The position numbers and the translations under genes were made by a program. Shown one piece after another: positions 18,285-29,428 of a DNA stretch of 64,000 nucleotides (positions within the stretch are counted from its first letter, which is position 1; every line of letters begins with the position of its first letter). Below the pieces are notes generated by a model. The model did not search any database. It was given only the letters and a program-made list of their open reading frames with translations, and had not been told where the DNA came from. The stretch comes from Candidatus Heimdallarchaeota archaeon (GTDB taxonomy: Archaea > Asgardarchaeota > Heimdallarchaeia > Hodarchaeales > Hodarchaeaceae), in the NCBI GenBank assembly GCA_011364965.1, contig RDOB01000001.1, positions 32,001-96,000 of the forward strand, read 5' to 3'.

Positions 18285-18536
18285 TCACGATTTTTCGATT
18301 ATCGCGGTCCAACCTCTTGTTTCAATCAAATGCATATTACTAGGCAATCTTTGTTCTAAATGAGACAGAGCCACTTTTCGGTTATCGAATGGAGCATTTT
18401 TTAATATTTTTACCCTTATTCTCTTATAAACCTTTAGTTGTTCCTTTAATTCATTAAAGAAAGCTTCACTCAATCCATTCTTACCAATTTGTATCGTGGG
18501 TATATTATTTTGATGAAGTGGTTTCGCTCGGGTCAA
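18285..18536 (-). CDS. YhbY/CRS1 (CRM-domain) RNA-binding protein
   Basis: PTIQIGKNGL, IRVKILKNA, ETRG. Confidence 0.85.
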   Translation of the reverse strand: MTRAKPLHQNNIPTIQIGKNGLSEAFFNELKEQLKVYKRIRVKILKNAPFDNRKVALSHLEQRLPSNMHLIETRGWTAIIEKS

Positions 18537-18942
18537 TATTTGTCACGTTTACTTTATTTTATTTTATATTTATCAAAAGACGCGGAATCTCTCCACAATT
18601 TTACATTTTTCGATTTGTTGATTTCATTTTCTCTCGATTAGTATAAGAAATAATAATAATAGAAATATGCTCTATTTGGTTTCCAAGTTTTAGTATTCTT
18701 AATGACATGAATGATCTGAGACTGAATTTCCAATTTCACGTTTAGACATACAAGATAAGGGAGCTTAGGGAGGTTTTAGTGATATAAATTAATTATAAAG
18801 GTAATTAGGTTCGTTATTTGAATAATCTGAAAATAGAATTCACAACGTTTTTAAAGTTGAAGATCGTGTTTTCAATTAAGAATCCTGTGAGGGGTGTTTT
18901 TCACCCTATAATTTTGTAAATCCAGAAAAAAAGGGCAAAATT

Positions 18943-19347
18943 ATGTATATACCAGATAGTGAAGCTGATCTCCAGATACATAAAGAGATCGTGAGCGTTC
19001 TTGAGGCTTTTGTGAGCAAATTACCAGCAATCGATTTTGCTAGCGTTGTTTCATTGGAAGGATTGCCTATTTCTTCTTTTCCAGCTACTCTCCCAGGAGG
19101 ATTAGACGATGTAAGGGTTGCTGCAATGACAGCTGCTATTTTGAGCCTCGGAGAACGAGCTGTAATGGAAACAGGGAAAGGTGAAATGACTAGGATACTT
19201 GTTGAAGGAGATAATGGATACTTAATCTCTGTACAAGCAGGAACAAAAGCGGTCCTTACAGCCTCTGCAAATCGTTCCGTAAAGCTCGGTTTAATATTTT
19301 TGGATATGAAACAAGCAGCAGAAAAAATTGGGGAAATACTTGGATAA
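18943..19347 (+). CDS. Roadblock/LC7 domain protein
   Basis: VVSLEGLPI, RVAAMTAAILSLGERA, KLGLIFLDM. Confidence 0.92.
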   Translation: MYIPDSEADLQIHKEIVSVLEAFVSKLPAIDFASVVSLEGLPISSFPATLPGGLDDVRVAAMTAAILSLGERAVMETGKGEMTRILVEGDNGYLISVQAGTKAVLTASANRSVKLGLIFLDMKQAAEKIGEILG

Positions 19348-19354
19348 GAATGAC

Positions 19355-20614
19355 TTAGAGGGAATCCATTAATCGATTTCTCATATCTTGAGCTTTTTGG
19401 TAAAAATGTTCTTGGAAGATGTGTTTATTTAAAGATTGAGCTTGTTCTGAGGCTAATTCATAATGAATTAAAGCTCCCTCAAAATTCTTTTGAGCAGCTT
19501 CAAGATCTCCAAATGATCCATGAGTCATCATCAGCCCTTTGATATCTTCCAACTGCTCGAAACGCTCTTTAGCTTCTCTTAAGTAATATTCAGCCTGATC
19601 AATGCTTTTATGAGCAATTAATACCTTGGCTAAATAAACTTGAGCTATTGCTAAGGATTGTGGTTCATTTCTTTCTTCAGCTAAAGAACGAGCTTTATCA
19701 AATTGCCTCATTGCTTCTTCGTATTGTCGAAGCCTGAAATAACACTCTCCTAGGTTGCATAAGGCATTTATAACTGCTTTATGTCTGTTGGCTTTCTTGG
19801 CATAGGTCAACGCTTCTTCAAACTTTGAGATTGCTTGATCATAGACACGACTTTCATATAAGAGAATACCTTCAGTTGATGCAACATTTTCTTCTAGCAT
19901 GGGATCTCCTAATTGACTTGCAAGGATTTGTGCTTTTGATAACAATTCTTTTGCTAAATCATAATTCTTTGTGTCAAGAGTAAGCTCTGCTTGTGCAAAA
20001 ACGGCATGGAACTGACCATTTACATCTGCTAGCACATCGAATATTTTTGAAGCTTTTGATAGGATATCCATTGCCTTTTTGGGTTCACTTTTAGTCATTC
20101 TTCTTCCTTGTTCAATTAATCCCCAGGGTTCCTCTCCAATTATGTCACCTATCACTCGCCATTCACTTTTTGGCATTGAAGCGATTATTATCTTGTTTCT
20201 CCATAAATTTGGTTTATCAAAAAGATCGGAAACTAAACCTAAAAGCAAATCTCCACCATCTACTCCAGATTTTTCAGAGAGACTTTTGGGCCCAACAGCT
20301 CGTAAACGTAAATCCCCATCAGTAAATTCGAATAAGACACCCATTGGAATATTCCTTGTTCGTGATTCTCCCCATTTTCTTCCTACAACAACAAGAAAAT
20401 TCTTGGGGGACATCTCCAAATCTCCTCTAGAAACACTTCGAAGCCCCTGGATCCATGCATACTCTGTTTTAAAGAAACTTGAGATCAATTCACCTTTAAA
20501 CTCAGGATCCCAGTCTACTAAGTTCTCAGCGTCAGATAGATCGATAACATCGGTATCTTCTGTGCCACCTAAAGCAAAAGTTACCTTCCAAGTAACCATA
20601 ATATTTCCGCTCAA
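19355..20614 (-). CDS. TPR-repeat protein with uncharacterised N-terminal domain
   Basis: Repeated TPR helices (ALCNLGECYFRLRQYEEAM, FGDLEAAQKNFEGALIHYELA). Confidence 0.8.
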   Translation of the reverse strand: MSGNIMVTWKVTFALGGTEDTDVIDLSDAENLVDWDPEFKGELISSFFKTEYAWIQGLRSVSRGDLEMSPKNFLVVVGRKWGESRTRNIPMGVLFEFTDGDLRLRAVGPKSLSEKSGVDGGDLLLGLVSDLFDKPNLWRNKIIIASMPKSEWRVIGDIIGEEPWGLIEQGRRMTKSEPKKAMDILSKASKIFDVLADVNGQFHAVFAQAELTLDTKNYDLAKELLSKAQILASQLGDPMLEENVASTEGILLYESRVYDQAISKFEEALTYAKKANRHKAVINALCNLGECYFRLRQYEEAMRQFDKARSLAEERNEPQSLAIAQVYLAKVLIAHKSIDQAEYYLREAKERFEQLEDIKGLMMTHGSFGDLEAAQKNFEGALIHYELASEQAQSLNKHIFQEHFYQKAQDMRNRLMDSL

Positions 20615-20695
20615 TTGGTATTTCCTATATAAATTGATAATTTATCCTACTTTTTAATTGCATCTTAATACAATTTTACATATTATAAACCATAG

Positions 20696-22129
20696 CTAAG
20701 GATCAGGATCGTTAAGTGTTAGTTCTTTTCTATGTCGATATTTGGGATGATATAATTTCAACATTCGTGGGGGGATTCGTTTTAGCTCATCTTCAGGAAG
20801 ATCGCTCAACAAATCCCACGCTAGTTCCAACGTTTCAAATATCCCTCGTTCCTCATAATATCCTTGACTTAAAAATTCATTCTCAAATCGATCTGCGAAT
20901 GTTAAATATTTTTTATCTACAGGAGTTAAACTTTCTTCACCGACAACAGCGACTAAATCTCGCAAATTTCTTCCCAAAGAATAACCAGCAAACATCTGAT
21001 CAGCAACTGATTTGTGACATGCATGAGTTCGACCTTTTCCAATTCCTTCCCTCATCAATCTACTCAAGCTAGGCATAGGATCAATGGGAGGGTATATCCC
21101 CCTTCTATACAGGTCTCGGTCAACGATCAGCTGCCCTTCAGTAATGTAACCCGATAAATCAGGAATAGGATGAGTAATATCATCAGAAGGCATTGATAAT
21201 ATTGGTAGCTGAGTTATGGTTCCTTTTTTCCCTTTAATCCGTCCTGCACGTTCATAGATAGTCGCTAAATCAGTATAAAGATAACCAGGATATCCTCTTC
21301 TCCCAGGTACTTCTTCTCTTGCTGCAGATATCTCTCTTAAAGCCTCTGCATAGTTTGTCATATCTGTTAAGATAACTAAACTATGATAATCATATTCAAA
21401 TGCTAGGTATTCTGCAACAGAAAGAGCAATTCGGGGAGTAATTAATCGTTCAGCTGCAGGAGAATCTGCTAAGTTAAGAAATAATATCACTCGTTCTAAT
21501 GCACCTGTTGTTTCAAAATCTGATCTAAAGAACCGAGCTTCTTCCGTAGTAATACCCATCGCTGCAAAAATAACTGCAAATTCTTCTTCTTTTCCCAGCA
21601 CACGAGCTTGCCTTGCAATTTGTGAAGCTATGTTGTTATGAGGTAATCCAGACCCAGAAAAAATTGGTAATTTCTGGCCACGAATAAGAGTATTTAGTCC
21701 ATCAATTGATGAAATCCCAGTTTGTATGAACTCTCTTGGATATTCGCGTGCATAGGGGTTTATCGGAGCTCCCGTAATATCTAATCTCTCTTCAGCAAAT
21801 ATTTGAGGTCCTGCATCTATTATCTTACCACTACCTGAAAAAACTCTTCCTAGCATATCCTGTGAGACAGAAATTTTTATATTTTCGCCTAAAAATCGAA
21901 CAGAGGTTTTTTTGGTATCTAAACCTTGTGTTCCCTCGAATACCTGAACCACAGCGATATCTTCTCCCACTTCTAACACTTGTCCAGTCCGTTTCTCTCC
22001 GTTAGGGGCTGAAATCCTTACGATCTCACCATAAGAAACTCCTTTGATGTCTTTTACAAAAATTAAAGGGCCAGCAATAGATGAAACTGTTGAATAGGTT
22101 ATTGTGGAGGAAGGTAATTCATTAGACAT
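20696..22129 (-). CDS. atpB: A/V-type ATP synthase subunit B
   Basis: [46 protein letters not shown]. Confidence 0.97.
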   Translation of the reverse strand: MSNELPSSTITYSTVSSIAGPLIFVKDIKGVSYGEIVRISAPNGEKRTGQVLEVGEDIAVVQVFEGTQGLDTKKTSVRFLGENIKISVSQDMLGRVFSGSGKIIDAGPQIFAEERLDITGAPINPYAREYPREFIQTGISSIDGLNTLIRGQKLPIFSGSGLPHNNIASQIARQARVLGKEEEFAVIFAAMGITTEEARFFRSDFETTGALERVILFLNLADSPAAERLITPRIALSVAEYLAFEYDYHSLVILTDMTNYAEALREISAAREEVPGRRGYPGYLYTDLATIYERAGRIKGKKGTITQLPILSMPSDDITHPIPDLSGYITEGQLIVDRDLYRRGIYPPIDPMPSLSRLMREGIGKGRTHACHKSVADQMFAGYSLGRNLRDLVAVVGEESLTPVDKKYLTFADRFENEFLSQGYYEERGIFETLELAWDLLSDLPEDELKRIPPRMLKLYHPKYRHRKELTLNDPDP

Positions 22130-22279
22130 TATATGACCCCGAAAAAAAGCTAATTTATGGGATTAAGCTAGGGAAATTAGACTTTCAAATTATTTTCGTA
22201 TGAATAAGTGGTGATTTCTTTTGCTTAGTTATTTAAAAAAGGAAAGATTAGCTCTTGTTATCATTACAGAACCTATTCT

Positions 22280-23068
22280 CTATATTTTTTCCCAATATGG
22301 TATATCTCCTGCTGTAAATTCTCGCATAACCATTTTAGAAACTTCAATAATATTAGGTACGCCTCCCTTTCCGAGAAATCCTCTGTTTTGAGCGATATAT
22401 GAAAGAATCTCATCATTTGTCATATCAAGCTTTGGTAAGCCATATCTCTCTGCAATTCCTTCAGGGTGATGCGATTTAATTCTATTAAGAAAATAATGGA
22501 CAGAAGCCACAGGATCTTCCACTATGTCGATAGAAGAAGCACCCATAAACGTGTGCAGGTCTTTATCAGGATGATCAAATGGAATAATGCCAGGTGTGTC
22601 ATACATTAGAATTTTCCTTGACATTCTAATTGCTTGTGTATGTCGTGTAACACCTGGTTTTTGACCAGTACGAGCAACATGTTTACCTCTCAAAACATTG
22701 ATCAAGCTGCTCTTTCCTGTGTTTGGAATGCCAACAATCGATACTAAAGTCTCCTCCCTTTTTCTAGCATATCTATGGATTTTTTCACGTAACTTTTTTG
22801 TACCAAGTCGCTTTTGTGACGAAACGTAGACCGATGGAAATTCTTTATTGAAGGAAGATATTATAACATCACACACCTCTCTTGGAACGAGATCACATTT
22901 ATTAATCACAATAATTAAGGGAATACTAAGCTCTTTCGTAAAATTCTCTACCGTTGAAACCCTGCTTAAGAGGGGGAATCTACTATCTATTACTTCCAAT
23001 ACGATATGACTGCTTTTTATTAGCTGGAAAACTTGACGGTGTTCCTTCTTTCTTTGCATATATCTCAA
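22280..23068 (-). CDS. Circularly permuted ribosome-biogenesis GTPase (RbgA/YlqF/Nug family)
   Basis: DSRFP, NKCD (G4) before GIPNTGKSS (G1), PGVT, DTPG. Confidence 0.92.
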   Translation of the reverse strand: MRYMQRKKEHRQVFQLIKSSHIVLEVIDSRFPLLSRVSTVENFTKELSIPLIIVINKCDLVPREVCDVIISSFNKEFPSVYVSSQKRLGTKKLREKIHRYARKREETLVSIVGIPNTGKSSLINVLRGKHVARTGQKPGVTRHTQAIRMSRKILMYDTPGIIPFDHPDKDLHTFMGASSIDIVEDPVASVHYFLNRIKSHHPEGIAERYGLPKLDMTNDEILSYIAQNRGFLGKGGVPNIIEVSKMVMREFTAGDIPYWEKI

Positions 23069-23402
23069 CTAATATCAAGGTATTCTTTCTTTTTTCAAGT
23101 AAAACATGTGGAAATTTTACCATTATAAATAAGTGGTATGGTGATTATGTTTAATAACTTTTTATTCCAAATTATTCTTCCTATTCTTAAGATCATCCTT
23201 CTTATGATCCGTAAATAAAACTTTGTGCGATTATCACACAATAACAAAGGAATTTAATCATTCTCCAGTTTTATTTTTTTCATCATATCAAAGTGGTTAA
23301 AAGGTGTCAGGAATTTTCTTGATATGTGAAAGATGAGGTAATACTTCAGTAGAAATTTGTCAACTCCTCTCTCTACACCTTTTCGATAAGCCTTTCGATA
23401 TA

Positions 23403-23831
23403 ATGATGATGATTATGACTTCAGAAAATGATTATCTTACAAAGTTAAAAAGAGCACGAGAAAAACTTCCTTCACACGTTTTTGAAAAATCAAGATTTGA
23501 GATTCCTACGGCGGATGTATTTCCAGAAGGAAATAAGACTTGGATTACTGATTGGAATCGAATTTTAAAAGTTTTGAATCGAGAGGAAGATGCAGATCAT
23601 CTTGCTAAGCATTTAGCGAGGGAATTTGCGACTTCTGCCGTAGAAGAACGGGGAAGACTTGTTCTGCAAGGAAAATTTTCAAAAAAACTGATCAATCGTG
23701 AATTAGAAACATATGTGAAAGAATTTGTAGTATGTGAAGAATGTGGGAAACCAGATACAAAATTGATTAAAGAAGGCAGAATATTAATTAAAACTTGCGA
23801 AGCCTGCGGGGCTAGAGTCGCAGTGCGTTGA
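23403..23831 (+). CDS. eif2b: Translation initiation factor 2 beta subunit
   Basis: RFEIP..GNKT, YVKEFVVCEECGKPDT, CEACGA. Confidence 0.95.
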   Translation: MMMIMTSENDYLTKLKRAREKLPSHVFEKSRFEIPTADVFPEGNKTWITDWNRILKVLNREEDADHLAKHLAREFATSAVEERGRLVLQGKFSKKLINRELETYVKEFVVCEECGKPDTKLIKEGRILIKTCEACGARVAVR

Positions 23832-23863
23832 GGAATTAAGCTTCAAGTTTAGTAGAAATAAGA

Positions 23864-24214
23864 TTGGGGAAAAAAATGAATGATTCTCAACCCTCAAAAA
23901 AAGTATCTTTCAAAGTACATCAAAAGGATAAAACTGAAATCCTAGCTATTTGTGATAAAGAGTTATTTGGAAAAAGGTTGAGAGGAGAGAAAGCAGGAAT
24001 GATTGTTCCTTCCGAATTCTATGATGGAGAAGAAATCCCAACGGAAGATGCTTTACAACTTATGAAAAGGTATCAGAATGTTAACGCTCTTGGGTCTGTT
24101 CTTGAATTAGCAATTCAAAAAAGACTTTTTAATGAAGAAGCAGTCCTTTGGTTCAAAACTGAAGAGGGAAAAAAAATTCCACACCTGTTAATATTCTCTA
24201 TCCCCCCAATCTAA
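23864..24214 (+). CDS. DUF424 family protein
   Basis: ILAICDKELFGK, FYDG, VNALG, IPH; typical neighbour of eIF2-beta and NMD3. Confidence 0.85.
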   Translation: MGKKMNDSQPSKKVSFKVHQKDKTEILAICDKELFGKRLRGEKAGMIVPSEFYDGEEIPTEDALQLMKRYQNVNALGSVLELAIQKRLFNEEAVLWFKTEEGKKIPHLLIFSIPPI

Positions 24215-24237
24215 AAAGATTTCTTGGAGGAAAAAAG

Positions 24238-25326
24238 CTGAATTCAAATTGCATTGAATGTGGAGAAAATTTAGTATTTTTTCGGCATTTATGTCAAGCT
24301 TGCTTTTTAAAGCTAAATCCGATTGTAAAAAAGAAAAATATACTGAAAGCAGTAGCTTGTGACAAGTGTGAACTAATGTTTACAAGGGGTAAATGGACAA
24401 AATTCTATCTTGTAGATGTGGGTGACGCAAAATTCAATGAATTTCTTTCACAAGAAATTCTGCAAGTGTGGGATTTCAATTTTAAACCCACAACAATCAC
24501 TCTTGAAGGGATGAGCGTGTCTTTCAATGAATTTAATCATACTCCGCAGATAACTGGAGTGGTTAAAATCTTAGCTAGCCCCGATGTCTTTGTTCCTTTA
24601 ATTGAAATCTCTGAAGATCTTGAGATAGACGTTGATTGGGGAGAATGCATTGAATGCCGAACCCGATTATCGGGATCTTATAGCTCAAAGATTCAAATAC
24701 GTCGCGATCTTAAAATTGGAAAAAAAACCTTGGAAAAGTGGGTTATGGAAATTGAACAGATGAGTCTGGAATTTTTGACATCTGAACGGAAAAATCCCTT
24801 ATTCAGTATAACATACTTAAAAAATGGGATCGACGCTCTATTCCGTACAAAATCTCCAGCAAATACAATAGGTAGATTATTTGCAAAAAAATATGGAGGA
24901 TTAGTTACTGTAACTACCGAATTTGCTGGTTTTGATAAATCCAAATCTAAAGAATACCCTCGAAAACCTGTTGTATTGGTAACTCTGCCACCTTTTGAGA
25001 TCGGAGAATTAGTTGAGTATAATTCTAAAATTATTCAGATACATTCCTTTGGAGACTATGGAGTGGAATTTTGGGATTTTGAGAAAAAAGAATGGATTAA
25101 GAGTCCAGTTAAACAATTTTTCGACTCAAAACCAAATAAAATTGACTATATCGAACTAGAATTACAAATAATTGCTTTTGAGCATGATGGAACTGCTCAA
25201 TTGATGAGTTCTGATAACTATGAGATTTTTTATACTCACTCTTCAGATTTGGGAATTACAAAAGAAGGAGAATTAATTCATGGTTATTTATATAACGGAA
25301 AAATGTTTATTAAGCGAGGAAAATGA
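24238..25326 (+). CDS. nmd3: NMD3 family large-subunit maturation protein; N-terminus extended beyond ATG 24376, probable CTG start
   Basis: Upstream in-frame CIECG..LCQAC..CDKC zinc knuckles; CIECRTR..YSSKIQIR; GIDA. Confidence 0.85.
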   Translation: MNSNCIECGENLVFFRHLCQACFLKLNPIVKKKNILKAVACDKCELMFTRGKWTKFYLVDVGDAKFNEFLSQEILQVWDFNFKPTTITLEGMSVSFNEFNHTPQITGVVKILASPDVFVPLIEISEDLEIDVDWGECIECRTRLSGSYSSKIQIRRDLKIGKKTLEKWVMEIEQMSLEFLTSERKNPLFSITYLKNGIDALFRTKSPANTIGRLFAKKYGGLVTVTTEFAGFDKSKSKEYPRKPVVLVTLPPFEIGELVEYNSKIIQIHSFGDYGVEFWDFEKKEWIKSPVKQFFDSKPNKIDYIELELQIIAFEHDGTAQLMSSDNYEIFYTHSSDLGITKEGELIHGYLYNGKMFIKRGK

Positions 25327-25344
25327 TTAGGAAGGACCAATATA

Positions 25345-26727
25345 TTGAAGAGTCAAAAAGGCTCGTTGTCGCAGAAGAACATTATTGAAATATCTGCTCA
25401 AATAATTACTTATTATGAAGAGAATCAAATTTCTCTAAGAAATGCAATGAAAATTGTAGAAACACAATTTAATGTAGAAGATCCAGAATCTTATTCACGA
25501 ATTCATGCTCTAGTTTTTGAGACAGTTAGACACCAAAATGTCTTAAATCGTCTTTTTCATAATTTTTTTCAAAAATATTTGGCAAACAAGGTCGAAACTG
25601 AATTTCGGAATCTATTACGAGTAATTACATATCTTTTAACCTTTTCTGACCAAAAAAATGATGAAAATCTTTGGTTTGAGACACAAAAAATATTAGATGG
25701 TTCTAAATTTAATAATTATTCAAGAGACCTTTCTAAAAATTATATAATTCAACTAAAGAATTGGGAATTGGATCATCTTCTCAAAGAGATCGAAGATCCT
25801 GAAGAGAAGTTGGCAGTAGGGTATTCTCATCCAACTTGGTTTGTAAGAGATTTAATAAAATTCTATGGATTAGAAACAGCTGTTGAAATTTTCAAGTCAA
25901 ATAATATTATTGGCGCAGTGTACGTCCGTCTAAATCTATTGAATTATCGTAAAGAAGAGATCTTTAAACGATTACAAGAAGAAAAGGTCAATTATCAAGT
26001 TGATAGTGATTTGAATGATGTTCTAAAGATTATTTCAAGTGAGAGCCCATTACCACGTCTTCAGTCTTTTATAGATAATATGTATTATATGCAAAATAAA
26101 GGTTCAGCATTAATCTCTCATGTACTGAACCCCCAGAAGAATGATCTTATTTTGGATACCTGCGCAGCCCCAGGGGGAAAAACTTTTCATATTATGACTT
26201 TGGTTGAAGATTCAGCTAAAGTAATAGCAATAGATAATAACTTTAGAAGAATGAATGAGTTATTAAAAAAGATCCAAGCTTTCCGTGTTGAAAATATTTA
26301 TCCCATAATATTTGACCTTCGGATCTCTCTTCCCTTTAAAATGCAATTTGACAAAATATTGGTAGATGCCCCTTGTTCAGGTTCTGGAACATTTAGCTCG
26401 AGACCAGATTCCAAATGGAGAGTAGATAGACACCACGTAAAATGGTTAAGTAAATTGCAGTATAACCTTCTAGATAATGCAGCAAAATATCTAAGAAAAT
26501 CACCTGAAGCTGCTTTGGTATATTCAACGTGTTCTCTTCTTCCTCAAGAAAATGAAGAAGTTATATCGAGATTTCTCAGAAATAATAAATACTTCACCCT
26601 TAACCCACAATCCCCTTTTATTGGAGTACCAAGCCCATCTTTTCCTTTAGCTCAACGGTTATTTCCACACATCCATGAAACAGAAGGATTCTCAATATTC
26701 AAAATGGGATGGAAAGATATCAACTAG
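25345..26727 (+). CDS. RsmB/NOP2/NSUN m5C RNA methyltransferase with N-terminal NusB-like region
   Basis: YSHPTW, DTCAAPGGKT, DAPCSGSG, YSTCS..ENE. Confidence 0.93.
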   Translation: MKSQKGSLSQKNIIEISAQIITYYEENQISLRNAMKIVETQFNVEDPESYSRIHALVFETVRHQNVLNRLFHNFFQKYLANKVETEFRNLLRVITYLLTFSDQKNDENLWFETQKILDGSKFNNYSRDLSKNYIIQLKNWELDHLLKEIEDPEEKLAVGYSHPTWFVRDLIKFYGLETAVEIFKSNNIIGAVYVRLNLLNYRKEEIFKRLQEEKVNYQVDSDLNDVLKIISSESPLPRLQSFIDNMYYMQNKGSALISHVLNPQKNDLILDTCAAPGGKTFHIMTLVEDSAKVIAIDNNFRRMNELLKKIQAFRVENIYPIIFDLRISLPFKMQFDKILVDAPCSGSGTFSSRPDSKWRVDRHHVKWLSKLQYNLLDNAAKYLRKSPEAALVYSTCSLLPQENEEVISRFLRNNKYFTLNPQSPFIGVPSPSFPLAQRLFPHIHETEGFSIFKMGWKDIN

Positions 26728-26731
26728 CTTT

Positions 26732-29428
26732 TCAACCAAAAAAGTCCATGAGATTGATTTGACCAGTTGCTACTTCTGTTGTATCAATATCTAATGCTCC
26801 AAATAATTGATCGAATATCGAATCTATCATTGAACGATAGGATTTGATATCTATTTTGGTATCTTCTGTATAAAGCTCTAATGGGATAACATGTTTATCT
26901 GTTTGAGTTTTAATGTACTTTATTAATTGGCCAGCCTTAATAAAGGATTTATTGCTAGAATTTCCATCGTGTGTCTTTTTATATTGTTTTTGGAGCGAAT
27001 TTTCTAATTGTTTGGCTGCTTTAACATGTTGAGCATTCACTTTATACGCATGAAGGGGTTGCGTTAATTGCATTGTAATTGCTAAGTCCTCTCCTGTATA
27101 TTTCCCATTTTCTAATTTCTGATATATATTTTTTACCAATTCCTTAACTTTATTCTTAGCAATATCAAAATCTTCTTCTGAATGGACTTCAGAAAGTATT
27201 TTGAGTACATCTGCGAAGCCATCTTGGAGGAACATTGGTGTATTTCTTTTTTTACCCATTAAACCCTTTACATCAACACTCGAATCAGGATATACACCAA
27301 AATAATTTTTCTTCCGCTCAGATAACACCACATATCGATATATCTTTTCCATCTCCAAGCTTACTTCCAATTCAGCTGTACTCCAATTAATAATTTCCTC
27401 TATTTCTTGTTTTGAAGGATTTTCTAAGAAAACTGAATCTGTATCTCCATATAAAACCTTTATCCCTAATATTTGTGCTTTTTGTATTGTTTTCTCGATA
27501 GCGTCCCTCCCGTAAGCGGTTGTTGAGTCCGCAACGGGTAAGCAATATAATGGAAATCGATCACTTCCCAAGACTCCATATGATGCATTTATCAAAACCT
27601 TTAGACTTCTCTCCAAAATACGATTAAAAATTTGATTTGAGGACTTTCTCTTAGATTCAGGTTTTATCCAACGCACTCTAACATCCTTTATGAAACCGAT
27701 GATATCAGACATGATCCCCCTGTTTTCCTGACAAACCCAATACTTGGTTTGAGGAACGTGATTTTCCTTGCATTTTTCATGATTGCATAAAATTGTTTCA
27801 TAACTCAAATTAAACGTACCAATAATTGAAGGATATAGTGAGGCAAAATCCAACACTGCGACATTGAAATGAACTCCAGGAACAGGATCTATAACTCTAG
27901 CACCTTTATACTTCTTTCCTTTTATAATTGCTTCAGAACTAGCTTGAGTTCCTTTGATTAACAGATCTTCTGGATTAGGTATTAATAATCCGCGTCTTCG
28001 ATGTTCAAAATAAAATAAGCTTTTTACCCAAGTTGAAACGCTCGTTCTGACTAAATCATCGATGGGTGTACGAGAGACCCTTGAAAGTATAAATATTAAA
28101 TTTAGGGGGGTTTTTTCGTCAAATAATAATAAATCCAACGTGATTTTTGCATCACGGAGACAATAATTTATTAATTCCCACTCTGGTAACTCCGAAATAC
28201 CAGTACTTATCTTTAACTTTCCTATGCCAAGTAAAGCCTCTGCAATCGCATTAAGATTCTCTTCACGGTATTTATTTCCAAATGCATATGTTTTAATGGC
28301 AATATTATGATAGAAACGATACAAATCTAAATGAAGGGCACTTTTAAAGTTACAGTCCCCGCTCCTTTTATTCCAAATGATTGGATTTGTCTCACGAATT
28401 TTAAGATGTCTAGCGCGTTCATGCAGGTATGGAAAATCAAAATTATCCCCGTTGAAAGAAGTTACAACAGTATATTTAACAAGGAGTTCAAAAGCTCTTT
28501 TAATTAAGTCCTCTTCGGCGGTAAACCGTTCTATTATTAATTCTGAAGGGATAATTTCTGTTTTTTCACCTCTATCAATCTCATCCCTATTTAATACTAA
28601 AGCATATTCTTTCCCTCTATTATCAACTAAACAAATACAGATAATTCGGAATTTAGGATCACTAGGTTGAGGAATTTGCCCTTCTTCGTATTCAGTCTCA
28701 ATGTCACATGCTACAACAGGCATATCAGGAATTTCTTGAGTAAAATCATCGATAAAAACATCTATTAAACCTTCGTATTGTTTAAGATAATTTAGTGCCG
28801 TATCAGGTATATTCATACCTGAAGTTGAACTTTTAGCCTCAATAAACTTATAATTCTCTTCATCCCACCAATATTTACGTCCAGGAACCAGTTGTGTATC
28901 GTAAAGCCAGTTTTGATGGTATTTTATCTTCGATTCCCATGTATCCCCCAGAACATCTCGAACTTTGGGAACTTCGCTAGGAGTAGGAGTATAAATCTTA
29001 GTAAGGTTAACTTCCGAGCTAGCAAGTAAATCTTTTTTATTAATCGACTCAAAACGTTTGATGGTACCTTTTGGAAATTTATACTGCTCGAGCTTTTCTA
29101 TGGGTTCACGAGATAGGCAGTAGGGAACATGGCCATAAGGATCGTTGATATATAATACTCTTTGATTAGCAGTATCGTAAAGTTTGATCCCAGCTCCATT
29201 GAATTTAGCATCATAAACCGTACTCAGAATAAAATAATCAGTATAAGATTTCAACTGGTAGCTTTCAACTTGTACTTTATTCCCTACTCTCTCCTTATTG
29301 GAGACTCTGTTCAATTCATGGAATAATATATTAGTTTTAGTATTATTTTCTTGAGTTATTTTTTTAGGAATTGATGTGGATCCTTCAACAAATTCATCAA
29401 GTTTTGGTGACATAATATTTACAACCAA
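26732..29428 (-). CDS. polB: Family B DNA polymerase (PolB1 type)
   Basis: Exo motifs DIET, FNGDNFD, YCLRD; pol motifs DFASLYPS, KVLINASYG, YGDTDS; no intein. Confidence 0.96.
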   Translation of the reverse strand: MVVNIMSPKLDEFVEGSTSIPKKITQENNTKTNILFHELNRVSNKERVGNKVQVESYQLKSYTDYFILSTVYDAKFNGAGIKLYDTANQRVLYINDPYGHVPYCLSREPIEKLEQYKFPKGTIKRFESINKKDLLASSEVNLTKIYTPTPSEVPKVRDVLGDTWESKIKYHQNWLYDTQLVPGRKYWWDEENYKFIEAKSSTSGMNIPDTALNYLKQYEGLIDVFIDDFTQEIPDMPVVACDIETEYEEGQIPQPSDPKFRIICICLVDNRGKEYALVLNRDEIDRGEKTEIIPSELIIERFTAEEDLIKRAFELLVKYTVVTSFNGDNFDFPYLHERARHLKIRETNPIIWNKRSGDCNFKSALHLDLYRFYHNIAIKTYAFGNKYREENLNAIAEALLGIGKLKISTGISELPEWELINYCLRDAKITLDLLLFDEKTPLNLIFILSRVSRTPIDDLVRTSVSTWVKSLFYFEHRRRGLLIPNPEDLLIKGTQASSEAIIKGKKYKGARVIDPVPGVHFNVAVLDFASLYPSIIGTFNLSYETILCNHEKCKENHVPQTKYWVCQENRGIMSDIIGFIKDVRVRWIKPESKRKSSNQIFNRILERSLKVLINASYGVLGSDRFPLYCLPVADSTTAYGRDAIEKTIQKAQILGIKVLYGDTDSVFLENPSKQEIEEIINWSTAELEVSLEMEKIYRYVVLSERKKNYFGVYPDSSVDVKGLMGKKRNTPMFLQDGFADVLKILSEVHSEEDFDIAKNKVKELVKNIYQKLENGKYTGEDLAITMQLTQPLHAYKVNAQHVKAAKQLENSLQKQYKKTHDGNSSNKSFIKAGQLIKYIKTQTDKHVIPLELYTEDTKIDIKSYRSMIDSIFDQLFGALDIDTTEVATGQINLMDFFG

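Noticed and set aside
18560-18710. Possible Rpp21 remnant upstream of yhbY (minus strand, KC.. then NCGEIPR)
   Set aside because: It needs a frameshift, is bounded by stops, and the rest of the Rpp21 signature is absent.
26732-29428. Intein in PolB
   Set aside because: The polymerase motifs are contiguous and the length is normal.
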